NCBI GenBank assembly: GCA_024275075.1
Contig: JAJRZU010000043.1
Coordinates: 6,696-70,695 of the forward strand
Reading direction: 5' to 3'
Source of the DNA: Deltaproteobacteria bacterium
GTDB lineage: Bacteria > Desulfobacterota > JAJRXV01
DNA: 64,000 bases
Position 1 is the first letter of the stretch; every line of letters starts with the position of its first letter. Made by a program: the position numbers and the translations under genes. Shown piece by piece: positions 53,566 through 63,926 of the stretch. Under the pieces are notes generated by a model. It ran no database searches, had not been told where the DNA came from, and worked only from the letters and a program-made list of their open reading frames with translations.

Positions 53566-53847
53566 TTTCTCCTATGATAAAATTCTACTCCGAAATAATT
53601 TTGTTAATGATATAAATATTGTACAGCCCCAGAGAAGTTTTCTCATTTATTGTTTATGGCATCATGCCATCTCCTTATAATATTGTTCTATTTATTAGGG
53701 CGTTAGTCTGGTATTTTAATAATTATATCAACAAACAGTAACATTGTCAACACAAATTAAATATTTTATTTACCAATATTTTCGTCAAGTTAGCGCAATT
53801 CTACGCAAATTTTGAGTGTTTTTATAACGCCGTTTACATATATTGAG

Positions 53848-54582
53848 CTAATATATCACATCAATCAGGAAAAGGCCGCGGGCGGGGGCAGTGATATATG
53901 GTTTTTCTATCTTCTTCTGCCTTAAAACAACGTCAGCAAATCCTTCATCATACTTACCATAACCGATCTGCACCAAGAGACCGGTGATATTCCTCACCAT
54001 CTGCTTCAAAAAGCCGCTGCCTGTAAATGTCAGCGTAATATCATGTCCGTTTTTTTGTATATCGATATCATATATAGTCCTTAAAAAGCTCTTTACACTC
54101 GTACCGGTGGAAGTGAAGCCGGTGAAATCATGCTCACCGGTCAAACGCTTTGCCGCCCGCCGCATCTTACTGACATCAAGCGGCTTTCTTACGTACCATG
54201 AATACTTTTTCATAAACGGGTCTTTTGTGTCACGGTTAAATATATGATATTCATACACTTTTTTTTTCGCGGAGATTCGTGCGTGAAACCCATCATCGAC
54301 ACGGCGCATATCCACCACCGCAATATCATCTGGCAGTAGCGAGTTCAACGAATTCCGAAGCCTGACAATATCGATATCCCTTTCTATAAGAAAATTCGCC
54401 GTCATCTTCCTCGCGTGTACCCCTGCGTCAGTTCTCCCTGAAGAGTGTAGCGTCACGCGCTCTTTTGTGACGACCATAATACAGTTTTCTATCTCGCCCT
54501 GAACACTCCTCGCGTTCGACTGCCTCTGCCAGCCGCTATAATCCGTACCGACAAATTCTATTATCATCATTATATTATTCAT
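53848..54582 (-). CDS. truA: tRNA pseudouridine(38-40) synthase TruA
   Basis: IEFVGTDYSGWQRQ...RTDAGVHA motifs. The ORF extends to 54663, but the start is likely the internal Met just after the upstream gene's stop. Confidence 0.75.
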   Translation of the reverse strand: MNNIMMIIEFVGTDYSGWQRQSNARSVQGEIENCIMVVTKERVTLHSSGRTDAGVHARKMTANFLIERDIDIVRLRNSLNSLLPDDIAVVDMRRVDDGFHARISAKKKVYEYHIFNRDTKDPFMKKYSWYVRKPLDVSKMRRAAKRLTGEHDFTGFTSTGTSVKSFLRTIYDIDIQKNGHDITLTFTGSGFLKQMVRNITGLLVQIGYGKYDEGFADVVLRQKKIEKPYITAPARGLFLIDVIY

Positions 54583-54601
54583 TGTACGTGAACTATTACC
54601 G

Positions 54602-54946
54602 CTACTTATCGTTTTGATGAAGAAACTTGGTAACCTGAACAGTCTCTCTTGTGACCATACCACCTTGCATAACCGCGTAAACCTCAGGGAGAATGCTTAA
54701 TATGTTATCATCCGTATCAATAACCTCGATTATTATCGGCAGGTCTCTTGACAGCCTCAAGAACCGGTCTTCGTGAAGCTCGTGCCGGCAGCCAAAACCG
54801 GCGATGCCCTTTGTGACAGTCGCGCCGGATATATTGTGCTTAGCGCAAATATCCAGAATATGCTTGTAAAGCGGTTCATGCTCTACCTGATCCGCCTCGT
54901 CGATATAGACCTTCATCTTAACCATCTCACATTGAATCTTTTTCAT
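54602..54946 (-). CDS. DUF190 (PII-like) protein, CrcB-associated
   Basis: MKKIQCEMVKMKVYIDEAD...GIAGFG pattern of DUF190 (COG1993). Immediately downstream of crcB. Confidence 0.55.
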   Translation of the reverse strand: MKKIQCEMVKMKVYIDEADQVEHEPLYKHILDICAKHNISGATVTKGIAGFGCRHELHEDRFLRLSRDLPIIIEVIDTDDNILSILPEVYAVMQGGMVTRETVQVTKFLHQNDK

Positions 54947-55019
54947 CTCATCCACCTCTAATTGAACTGCCCCGCTGAAAGCCGCGGGGGCTAAGCCCGT
55001 TGCAAAACAAGCGCGTCGG

Positions 55020-55415
55020 TTAGAATATCCTGTCAAGTAGAACACCGAAAGACACACCGAGAAAAACCATAAACAGGCATATCGCAAGGTTTGTCAGGAT
55101 ATTCATAATTGATAAGTAATAGCTTCCCTCTTTTAACAGGTTAAACGTCTCGAAGCTAAAGGTTGAGAACGTCGTAAACGCGCCTAAGAAACCGATAGTC
55201 ACCGCTACGCGCAGGTTCTGCCCGAAAAGTTGCCTGTGCACCGCTAAAAATGAGATGAACCCTAACAGAAAGGACCCGATAGCGTTGACGGTGAGGGTGC
55301 CGTAAGGGAATCCGTCCCCGAAGAGCCTGTAAGCGATGCCTGACACGTAGAACCTGCTCACCGCGCCGAAGAACCCGCCGAAACCTATGTAAAGTATCTC
55401 ACGCAACCGGTTCAT
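55020..55415 (-). CDS. crcB: Fluoride ion channel CrcB/FluC
   Basis: 131 aa, 4 TM helices, with GFFGAVSRF...GTLTVN motifs. Confidence 0.85.
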   Translation of the reverse strand: MNRLREILYIGFGGFFGAVSRFYVSGIAYRLFGDGFPYGTLTVNAIGSFLLGFISFLAVHRQLFGQNLRVAVTIGFLGAFTTFSTFSFETFNLLKEGSYYLSIMNILTNLAICLFMVFLGVSFGVLLDRIF

Positions 55416-56010
55416 CTATATCCTTAATGTCAGAGCTGGTATTAATATTCCTGAGCGACAGCATATCCGGGTCGTACTGTTTCACCTCGTCGATGTTCAT
55501 CGTCTTCGCCCGAAGCTCGCGAAACAGAGGCGATATCTTAAGCTCATCATTAATTATCATACCCTTTATCGTTTTCAGGCACTTCTTGCTGTATATCGAG
55601 TGCAGCGGCTCATACCCCGCCGCCTCGCTTTTCCCTGGCTGCTCCCTGACAATCGTATAGATCCACGCGGTACCGATGCTCTTGATCATATACTTTATCA
55701 GCCGCTCACTCAGAAACGGCATATCGCAGGCCGCGACAAAGCAGCGGTCGTTAGTTGAGTGCAGGAGCGCCGTATATATCCCGCCAAGGGGGCCTTTTCC
55801 CCTGGCAGTATCGCTCACGATAACGGTATCGTACTTAAGGTACGGTATGCAATCGTTCGTGACGATGATTATCTCGTCGAAGAGCTTTTTGAACAGTTTT
55901 ACCTGCACATCGATTATCGGTGCCCCGCCTACCCTGATGAACGCTTTGTTCATGCCCGATAACCGTCTCGCCTTACCGCCCGCCAGAATGACCCCAGTCA
56001 TAATGTCCAT
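55399..56010 (-). CDS. mobA: Molybdenum cofactor guanylyltransferase MobA-like
   Basis: MTGVILAGGKARRLSG..K nucleotide-binding loop. The ORF extends to 56079, but Met 56010 fits. Confidence 0.65.
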   Translation of the reverse strand: MDIMTGVILAGGKARRLSGMNKAFIRVGGAPIIDVQVKLFKKLFDEIIIVTNDCIPYLKYDTVIVSDTARGKGPLGGIYTALLHSTNDRCFVAACDMPFLSERLIKYMIKSIGTAWIYTIVREQPGKSEAAGYEPLHSIYSKKCLKTIKGMIINDELKISPLFRELRAKTMNIDEVKQYDPDMLSLRNINTSSDIKDIDEPVA

Positions 56011-56088
56011 CCCTATGATATAATTCCAAGCGTGCCCATCCTGCCGCTGCCTGTAACCTACCGGTATTGCTAAAAGCAAGATTGCCGC

Positions 56089-56135
56089 GCCGATTTCTGA
56101 AAAGCGAAAGCGCCTCGCAATGACGAAAAAAGAAG
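56089..56135. repeat. Repeat family B copy
   Basis: AGATTGCCGCGCCGaTTTCTGAAAAGCGaaAGCGCCTCGCAATGAC matches 20956-21004 with 4-5 differences. Confidence 0.5.
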
Positions 56136-56177
56136 TTGCTCAGGAGCCTTTAATTAGAAGAAACATTATGTTTCCCT

Positions 56178-56627
56178 TTAACACAGGCTTAAGCTCTTAT
56201 TCGTAAAATACTGCTTATGTGACCAGACATACCGCAGTATCAAGAATAAGATCAAGCAGAAAATAAGGTTGATATTAGCGTAATCCACTAACGCGTCTGA
56301 GCTTTTCAGTATTTTTACCAGTGCATCCTTATCAACGAAAGCGAGCGTAATAAGAATATCCGCGATAGCGAATATATTATACCCTATCAACAAGGAGCGC
56401 GCAAATTCCTGTTTCTTATACGTCCCGATACTAAGGTACAAAAGGACAGAGGTCTCCGCCGCGATCACCAGCTTTGACAGCACCGGTGGCAGCGCCACGC
56501 TAAAGAGTATATAGACCTCGGATGCCCCTAATACGCTCATGAAAGCCATGAAGCCGTAGAACACCGCTATGAACACCATCGAAAATGGCAGGCGCCCGGT
56601 CTCATTCCCTGTCTCTTGTTCCTTCAT
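56178..56627 (-). CDS. Integral membrane protein, unknown function
   Basis: 149 aa with 4 predicted TM helices. Translationally coupled to the upstream DsbA-like gene (4-nt overlap). Confidence 0.3.
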   Translation of the reverse strand: MKEQETGNETGRLPFSMVFIAVFYGFMAFMSVLGASEVYILFSVALPPVLSKLVIAAETSVLLYLSIGTYKKQEFARSLLIGYNIFAIADILITLAFVDKDALVKILKSSDALVDYANINLIFCLILFLILRYVWSHKQYFTNKSLSLC

Positions 56628-58144
56628 CTATCCGGCCCGCTGTTTATGTAAGATATGAATCTGTTCAACCCGTCCTCGTCATACAGGTATACCGCCTCGT
56701 TGTCGTTGATGTAAAACACCAGATCACCCTCGACGTTCCTCTTTAGTAACCAGTCCAGCTCATCGGCGAGCATCTTGGCGACCTTCTCCTCATCCCTGGC
56801 CAGCCTTTTCAGCGTTTTCGGGTCTATCCCCGCCGCGATCACGGCATCTTCCCAATACGTAGTCTGATAATCCTCAACCTTCTGCCTTAAATAGTTAAAC
56901 AAGTTATCAGGGAAGTACTTCGCGATGACAAGACGCCTCACATCCTCCTCAAGCTCTGGCTGCCCGCGGCGCGTAGTAAACTCGCCCTCAGGGTTCTTCA
57001 CAACCATATAATGGAACGTAATGCCCCTGTTCTGTATATTGTCCACCTCGTCAAGCAGTCTTTTCATTACGCTATTACATTTTGGCGACATGCTCGAACA
57101 GAGCACCTCGAGCTTACCCGGCACCGGTTCCCGCTCTATCGCGATGGAGCTTTTCATCACATCGTATCGCAGTAAATAAGCGTCAAACCTTTTCGTGACA
57201 ATATTCTTTATCTGCTCAAAGTTCGAGTGCCTGACAACATTCTCGCTGAACAGATACGCCGGTATATACTTTATCCTGTACTTCTTCACCATCTCCTGAC
57301 CCTCTTTGGAATCGTAATCAATCCGCCGGATATCTATCTTTGGGAACAGTTTCTTCGTCGCCGCCACCGCCTTATCCAGATTGTTGAAAGGCGAGTCGTT
57401 CGTTATGATATAGTGCGTAATATTCTGTGCCGCCTTTACTCCGGTATCGGCGCTGTCGTCGTCACCGGCGCCGGCACAACCCTCATCCGGCGAACTCTGC
57501 CCGTCATTCATGCTGATACCGGCGGGCACATTGTCGCAGACGGCGTCAGTCACGCGCCCGCATATCATGTTATAAACGGCGAGGCTCGTGATGCTGCCGG
57601 AAAACCTTTTGCCATCGACAAACAGCGTCGGTGAGTTCTCGATCTTCGCGTCCTTTCGCTTTTGCACATCCTCGCGCAGGGCGTCCGCGCCATCCTGCGA
57701 ATACGCGCACCCGTTGACATCACCGGGGTCGATACCGATCTTCGCGGCTGTCTAATCGAATGTAAGTCTGTCGCCTTCAGTGTTGAACAGTTTCAGGTAC
57801 TCAAAATATTTGTCAGGGTAAAGCTTCATGATACACATCTGCCGGATATCCTGGGAAAGGCCGTCCTCACCGAACATGGAACTCATCGCGCCGGTCTCGT
57901 CGATCCGCTCGATGAACCGGATATTCAGCTCGACACTCTCACCGAACAGCTCCTTCACCTTTATCATCGCCAGCTCCGCGTTCATTCCGTACCGGCATAA
58001 ACTCGACACATAAAGGTCGAGCGTTACCTTCGCTGCGGCATCCTCCACAGCACGCCCCTTCTCTTTCGGTGCGTCTTTCATACCGGTGCAGCCCGCGCAC
58101 GCCATGAAAAACGCGGCTAATGTAAATAATATTACTTTTCTCAA
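56624..58144 (-). pseudogene. DsbA-like thioredoxin-fold lipoprotein (two-domain) interrupted by an in-frame TAG at 57752-57754
   Basis: ORFs 57752..58144 (lipobox MACAGC, SSLCRYG) and 56624..57667 are in the same frame. The 84 nt between them is open and encodes ...TAAKIGIDPGDVNGCAYSQDGADALREDV.., which continues into ENSPTLFVDGKRF (DsbA-type C-terminal motif). Confidence 0.5.
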
Positions 58145-58255
58145 AAACAGCTCCGTTTCTTCAGTTTTTTACAGCACTTATTAAGCTTCCACACTGTAGC
58201 GAAACCGCCCCTACCCTGAGGGAGGAGCGCCAGAACTCATCCCACCTACCCTGGT

Positions 58256-58278
58256 GGGAGGGGGCAAGGGGGTGGGGG
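58256..58278 (+). other. G-quadruplex-forming motif GGGaGGGGGcaaGGGGGtGGGGG in divergent intergenic region
   Basis: Four G-runs of 3 or more with 1-3-nt loops. Preceded by the CCCACC..GGTGGG hairpin. Confidence 0.35.
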
Positions 58279-58580
58279 AAGTTTTTAAAAACCACCACAC
58301 ATAAAAACCCGCGCGCCTGTCGGTTTTAAATATACATTTTCATTTAAGCTACGTCAAGTATTAATATCAGGAAGCGCGCCCATTTTTTGCACCCATCCTC
58401 CCCTTATACAGGAATTAAAGGGATACAGACCTCCTGCCGTCGCCGGCAAGCCCGAAAGCGGCATGACCTCCCGCAATTCCTTTTTCATAAATCAACAATT
58501 TTTTACTTGTCTTTTTTTGACATAGAAACTACAATTGCGTTGAAAGTTCATAATGTGTCGATGCGTTAATCAGTAATCAA

Positions 58581-59402
58581 ATGGGAGCATTAATGGAAAA
58601 GTATAACAGCAAGTTCAGCCTTGACAATATGAACAGCTCTCACGCGAGGTTGATAAGCCTGGTGCCCGACGGTAGCGATGTGTTAGAACTCGGCTGTCAG
58701 CGCGGCTTTATCTCGAAGCACCTGCACAGAAAGGGCTGTAAGGTGACCGGTATCGAGATCGTCCCCGAGGCAGCGGAAAAAGCGAAGCCATTTTGCGAGA
58801 AAGTGATAGTCACCGATATCGAGAAACTTGATTTCAAGAAGGATCTTGGTAAGAAGAAGTATGACGTGATCACTTTCGGTGACGTTTTGGAGCACCTGAA
58901 ACGCCCCGAGGCGGCGCTGGAATATGTCCGCGACCTGTTGGCGGATGACGGCCTTTTGCTGGCGTCGATACCGAACATAACCTTCGGGTATTACCGGCTC
59001 GAGCTGCTCAAGGGCAGCTTCAACTATGAGAATACCGGTATCCTGGACAGGACGCATATCCGGTTCTTCGACAGAAACGGCGTCTACTCGCTCTTTGAGT
59101 CCGCCGGTTACTATATAGGCAGGTTCCACCGTATAAAGAGGGAAGTATCAAAGGAGTACGTAAAGGATACGCTTAAAGAGGTCGGTCTTGACGACTCAGC
59201 CGCCGCCGTGGAGAACCTCACCAACCTGCTTGATTTCGAGACGCTCCAGTACTTCGTGACGGCGTTTCCGGCTACCGAGCAAAACGCGCTGAAGATAATG
59301 CGCGAGAAGGAGCGCGGCTACATCACCGAGCTGAAGGACTACAAGCGCAGATCATACCTGACTCGCCCCTGGTGGAAGCGGATCGGTAAGCGCCGTCATT
59401 GA
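58581..59402 (+). CDS. Class I SAM-dependent methyltransferase
   Basis: VLELGCQRG (motif I), DVITFGDVLEHL (motif II/III), Methyltransf_11/23-like. Basic C-terminal tail. Confidence 0.6.
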   Translation: MGALMEKYNSKFSLDNMNSSHARLISLVPDGSDVLELGCQRGFISKHLHRKGCKVTGIEIVPEAAEKAKPFCEKVIVTDIEKLDFKKDLGKKKYDVITFGDVLEHLKRPEAALEYVRDLLADDGLLLASIPNITFGYYRLELLKGSFNYENTGILDRTHIRFFDRNGVYSLFESAGYYIGRFHRIKREVSKEYVKDTLKEVGLDDSAAAVENLTNLLDFETLQYFVTAFPATEQNALKIMREKERGYITELKDYKRRSYLTRPWWKRIGKRRH

Positions 59403-59423
59403 ACAATGGAGGCGGACGCAGCA

Positions 59424-60932
59424 TTAAACTTCACTTTTTGTCTTCAGGTGGGAGACGTTTTGTTTAAGGTCTTCAGCTTGTGCGGCAAGCTCCTCTGAAG
59501 CGGCTGCAAGTTCTTCTGACGCAGATGCGTTCGACGTTGTTATTGAGGCGCTCTCGGTCATTACCACGGATTGCTCATCCGTCGCGGATGTGATATTCCC
59601 AACCATCTCAACTGTCTGTTTGACTACCTCAATTATCTCATTCACTATCCGCTCAGAGTTCTCTACAAGCTTCGCGCCCTCCTCAGCGTGGAGTACGTTA
59701 GTCTTGATGGTTTCCCCTATCTCCTTGGCCGCATGAGCTGATCGCTCCGCCAATTTGCGCACTTCATCGGCTACGACAGCGAACCCTTTACCAAGTTCAC
59801 CGGCGCGCGCGGCCTCGATCGCGGCATTCAGCGCCAGCAGATTTGTCTGGTCGGCTATGTCAGTTATCGTTTCTACCGCTTCGTTCATCAGATGAGAACT
59901 CTTTTTTATCTCCTGCATAGTTGAATTGGTTTTTGACATCGCTTGCTCGACTTTATTCGCTTTTACAGCCATCTCATTTGCCGCTTTATTCGTTTCCCTT
60001 GCATTTTTCGCGATACGTTTGATAGCATTCGATACGCTGTCAAACGAGATCGCTTGTTGTTGAGCTCCATCAGAAACCTGCATGGAAGCAGAAGATATAT
60101 CGTTCGACGCACCGGCTAATTGGATACTTGAATTTTTGACCTGCTCAACGAGTACATTAAGGTCATCCGCCATCCGAAGCATACTTGTACCAAGGGTAGC
60201 TATCTCATCTTCACCGCTTACAGATAATTTGCCAGTCAGGTCGCCTCTTGAGATTTGCTGCGCGAAATCCGAAGCGTCTTTTATCGGTACAGCAATGATC
60301 CTCTTTAAATAGAAATATGACAACACCACCAGTACCAGACTGAGAATAACTATGAAAAACTGAGATGCTAACAAGGTGCTGATCTTTTTTTCAGATTCCT
60401 TTTGCATCAAAACAACGGCAGCGTTCATCCTGTTTCTAAGCTCAATATTATTATCGACGATGAATTTAAGCGCATTTTCACTTGTATCATCATCGGATAA
60501 CATCAGTTGCTCTTGACCCTGGACAAGCTCCTCGAGCCTCGCTTTAAAATCTCCCCATAATTCAAGGCCGTGAGCCAAAGCCGCCGCAATTTTCTCTGGT
60601 GGCCTTGGTATCGTCTGCATAGCACCGGCAAACTGTATTTCCCCGCCATCTTTTAGCGTGACCAGCCTTTTTTCAAATAATTCCATCGCCCCGTAGACTT
60701 CATTAAGCGCCTTATCTGTAGGGTTCTGTAAGAAAAACGCAACATCCTTTGTTATCTTCTGGGTGAGCATCCTTTGCGCTCCCGCCAAATTGATCACAAG
60801 ACCGTCTGCCTTCTGCTTTGAGGTCAAATGCTTTGTCCACGCAAACACGCCAAGCTGTAAGATCAAAAACACCACTAAAATAAAAGTGATCTTCGCAAGT
60901 ATATTTTTCCTGAATACGCAGATAAATCTCAT
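59424..60932 (-). CDS. Methyl-accepting chemotaxis protein (PilJ/NarX-type 4HB sensor, HAMP, MA domain)
   Basis: TM, periplasmic [13 protein letters not shown] nitrate/PilJ-type sensor, TM, HAMP, and a highly conserved [15 protein letters not shown]...[16 protein letters not shown] signalling domain. Confidence 0.8.
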   Translation of the reverse strand: MRFICVFRKNILAKITFILVVFLILQLGVFAWTKHLTSKQKADGLVINLAGAQRMLTQKITKDVAFFLQNPTDKALNEVYGAMELFEKRLVTLKDGGEIQFAGAMQTIPRPPEKIAAALAHGLELWGDFKARLEELVQGQEQLMLSDDDTSENALKFIVDNNIELRNRMNAAVVLMQKESEKKISTLLASQFFIVILSLVLVVLSYFYLKRIIAVPIKDASDFAQQISRGDLTGKLSVSGEDEIATLGTSMLRMADDLNVLVEQVKNSSIQLAGASNDISSASMQVSDGAQQQAISFDSVSNAIKRIAKNARETNKAANEMAVKANKVEQAMSKTNSTMQEIKKSSHLMNEAVETITDIADQTNLLALNAAIEAARAGELGKGFAVVADEVRKLAERSAHAAKEIGETIKTNVLHAEEGAKLVENSERIVNEIIEVVKQTVEMVGNITSATDEQSVVMTESASITTSNASASEELAAASEELAAQAEDLKQNVSHLKTKSEV

Positions 60933-61028
60933 TTTTACCTCTCTTATGAAATTTTTCCCCCTAACATGTAAAATGTATAATACTTTTTTTTAATGTCAAG
61001 TGAGGTGAAATTTTAATTGAGTAACAGT

Positions 61029-63926
61029 CTATTTTATTGTGATGACCTTTGAGGCAGGGCTTTTGTCGATAAACGATATCAGCTCGGCGTATACCGCGTC
61101 TTTGGTGAGTATACGTCTGTTCCCGACCAATATCAATTTCTTGCATGCTCTTGTAATCGTTACGTTTAGTTTCCGGTTCAAGGCGTCGTTCTCTTCGAGG
61201 AATTTCAGGCCGCCTGCGTCACCGACAACGAAAGATGTGATGATGATATCACGCTCGGAGCCCTGGAACCGCTCGACCGTATCGACGAGTATCCCGTTAT
61301 CTTTGTTAAACGGCTCTATCATCCTTCTAATAAGAGCGCACTGAGCCTTGAAGGGCGATATGACACCGATGCCTGAACCGGTAATATTCTCACTGACAAG
61401 TCCGCTCACTATCTTCGCGACAAGCTCGGCTTCTGCTTTGTTCTCCCTTAGCTCGCTTGAGCCCTGAACATCTATGAAGACGACCGGTGCGTCAGGGTCT
61501 AATATATCATACAGCTCATTTGACTGGTTGACGGTTATCTTGCCGGTTGCGACGCTCTCGTGAGTCTTGAGTATACCGCCATAAAATTTCCCGCTGGGAA
61601 AGCGGATAATCTCCTCGTTCATCCTGTACTGAGTATCGAGCGACCCGCACGGGTTGTTGTCATCCTCGATGTCATCGCGGGTGGAATTAAACTCCCAGAG
61701 CCGCTGGAACAGTGTCTTGTCAAGGCCTGTAACGCCGGGGATGACGCTCTTCTCTTCGTCAGGCATTGCGCAGTCTGACCGGATGACCGGTCCGAGCTGG
61801 TGCAGATCCCCCACCATGATGAACTTACCGGCCTTTGTGAGAGCGGCCAAAACAATCGGTTCGGGTATCTGGCTCGCTTCATCGATGACCGCGGCGTCAA
61901 AGTTTATGCCGTCAAATATAAACGATACGGAAACCGAGGCGGTAGTCGCCGCGATCACCCCCGCCGCCGCTATCTCCTTCTTCAGCCCGCGTATCTGTTC
62001 GACGGTGTAGTTCGCGGCTTTTACCGACAAAAGATGATTGTGCAGCCGCGGATCGACCCTGGCCACGCCACCTACCCGCAGGAAATCGTCAAAGCCATGA
62101 TCCTGGATCAACCGCAAAAGGACATTATCGACCGCGCGGTTGGTGAGGGCGGACAATATGACGCGCTGCTTCCGCTTTACAAGCTCTGTTATGATGGCGG
62201 CGATGGTCTTTGTCTTGCCGGTACCGGGGGGGCCCTGCAAGAGGTAGTAATCCTTGCTGCAAACGCTCTTTATGACAGCGCTTCTTTGCGCCGGGTTCAG
62301 GTCGGAATCCGTCTTGTCATATACCAGATTGATATTGTCGAATTCCGGGCGCCGGTTTAGCAGTATCAGGTCTTTGAACCGGCCTGGGCTCTTCGCGAAA
62401 TTATACAGCCCGTCTAACATAGTATCCGCCACCATCGTGCTGTTAAAGATGCTCAACGTCCATTTCACGTTTTTGTCAAGCTCGTTTGCAAATGCGTTCC
62501 ATAACCTGACGTTGACGGAGTTTTTTTGCAGGCTGATAACTTCGCCCCGAAGAAGCGGTTCTTTTTGCGGGCTACCGCAGTACAAGGCTATCGGATCGCC
62601 GCCCCTTATCTCGGACGGGTTGTCACCGAACTGTAAGGTGACTACCCCTTCATCGCTGTTATAATCGGTGACCGTGAGATCGGTCATCTTATATTTCACT
62701 TCGTTTTCGCTGTCCCACAGTCTGGCGTTCCTTCCCGCCGCGACAGCTCTCTCACGCTCCGCCATCTTATAAAACGAGAAGTAGTAACTCCTTTGCTCAT
62801 CGGTCAGGTCATCAAATATCCGGTAGATATTTTTGCACTTATCCTTTAAATATGACGGACATTTATTACAGCGCGTCAGGTCTCGCCTGAACGAGAGCAT
62901 CGTCTCATAGTCGAAATCGGTGTAGCGCTTCTCATAAAACACCATCTTGTTGCGCAAGAAGATGAAATCACGTTTAAGCGCGGCCGGTATGCGCAGGCTC
63001 CGCTGAACGTCTTTTGAGCCGGAGTATAAGACGATATTGCGGGCAGGGGCGTCATTACCGGCGGCATCACCATAAACGGAGTCGAAGATGAAATTGTACG
63101 CGATCACCTGAAACTTGTGATTTATCCATGCCTCGTTCTTCCCGTCGGGTGATCTGCCGGTCTTCAGCTCAATGATGCTCGATGCTGTGCCGTCTGATGA
63201 TTTGAACAGGATGTCCATCCTGCCCAGTAGCCCGTATTTGGGCGAGATGTAGTAAGGTTCGATGAATTTGGCGCAATCTTTGAAATTACTGTTTAAGCGC
63301 CAGTTTGTCAGTGCCCCCATATCCTTCCTGATATCATCTTTTATATTCTTCAGCTTTGGTACATAATCCGTTTTGATGAACTTTATCTTCTCTTTGCCTA
63401 TATGCTTCTCGAACGAGGCGTTGAAATCAAACCCATCGATATCCATAAGGAAATCATCAAATACATTCCCGACGACAATACCTTTTATCACATAATAATT
63501 GATGACCTTCTGGATCTTCATCCGATTTTGGTGGTACTTGAAAAAACAGTAATGATCGTTCCTTATCGCTACCGAAGCCATCTTTGTGGCGTCGATAAGG
63601 ATTGACGGCTCTAAGATTATATAGCTCATCGCGTTAGAATCCAATACGTTAACGGTCTTCGTCTCATCGAAATCGCGTGATTTGGCGCGGATGACGTTGA
63701 CGTTGTCACCTTCGGTGAGGTAATGAGAAAGACCCCGCCACTTCCCCCACAGATTAGCTTTATAAGTCTCTTCCCCCGCGCGCAGTTCCAGAGCGCAGAT
63801 ATCGATTTGGGAGTTGTTCTTAGCGGTTACTTTCGCGTCTTTTGTTATAGAGATGATCTTTGCGTTAAAGATATCGACGCTCGCGATATCATCTTTGAAC
63901 TGTTTTATATTGACGAAACTTTTCAT
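61029..63926 (-). CDS. Dna2-like nuclease-helicase: N-terminal RecB/Cas4-type PD-(D/E)xK nuclease with Cys cluster, fused to SF1B (Upf1/Dna2-like) helicase
   Basis: Nuclease motifs GRMDILF...IIELKTG...QVIAYNF and CNKCPSYLKDKC. Helicase motifs GPPGTGKT (I), VIDEASQ (II), VGDLHQLGPV and VERFQGSERDIIITS (VI). Confidence 0.7.
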   Translation of the reverse strand: MKSFVNIKQFKDDIASVDIFNAKIISITKDAKVTAKNNSQIDICALELRAGEETYKANLWGKWRGLSHYLTEGDNVNVIRAKSRDFDETKTVNVLDSNAMSYIILEPSILIDATKMASVAIRNDHYCFFKYHQNRMKIQKVINYYVIKGIVVGNVFDDFLMDIDGFDFNASFEKHIGKEKIKFIKTDYVPKLKNIKDDIRKDMGALTNWRLNSNFKDCAKFIEPYYISPKYGLLGRMDILFKSSDGTASSIIELKTGRSPDGKNEAWINHKFQVIAYNFIFDSVYGDAAGNDAPARNIVLYSGSKDVQRSLRIPAALKRDFIFLRNKMVFYEKRYTDFDYETMLSFRRDLTRCNKCPSYLKDKCKNIYRIFDDLTDEQRSYYFSFYKMAERERAVAAGRNARLWDSENEVKYKMTDLTVTDYNSDEGVVTLQFGDNPSEIRGGDPIALYCGSPQKEPLLRGEVISLQKNSVNVRLWNAFANELDKNVKWTLSIFNSTMVADTMLDGLYNFAKSPGRFKDLILLNRRPEFDNINLVYDKTDSDLNPAQRSAVIKSVCSKDYYLLQGPPGTGKTKTIAAIITELVKRKQRVILSALTNRAVDNVLLRLIQDHGFDDFLRVGGVARVDPRLHNHLLSVKAANYTVEQIRGLKKEIAAAGVIAATTASVSVSFIFDGINFDAAVIDEASQIPEPIVLAALTKAGKFIMVGDLHQLGPVIRSDCAMPDEEKSVIPGVTGLDKTLFQRLWEFNSTRDDIEDDNNPCGSLDTQYRMNEEIIRFPSGKFYGGILKTHESVATGKITVNQSNELYDILDPDAPVVFIDVQGSSELRENKAEAELVAKIVSGLVSENITGSGIGVISPFKAQCALIRRMIEPFNKDNGILVDTVERFQGSERDIIITSFVVGDAGGLKFLEENDALNRKLNVTITRACKKLILVGNRRILTKDAVYAELISFIDKSPASKVITIK

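Noticed and set aside
56011-56177. Fluoride riboswitch upstream of crcB
   Set aside because: crcB overlaps mobA, and the only nearby non-coding region matches repeat family B rather than the crcB-motif consensus.
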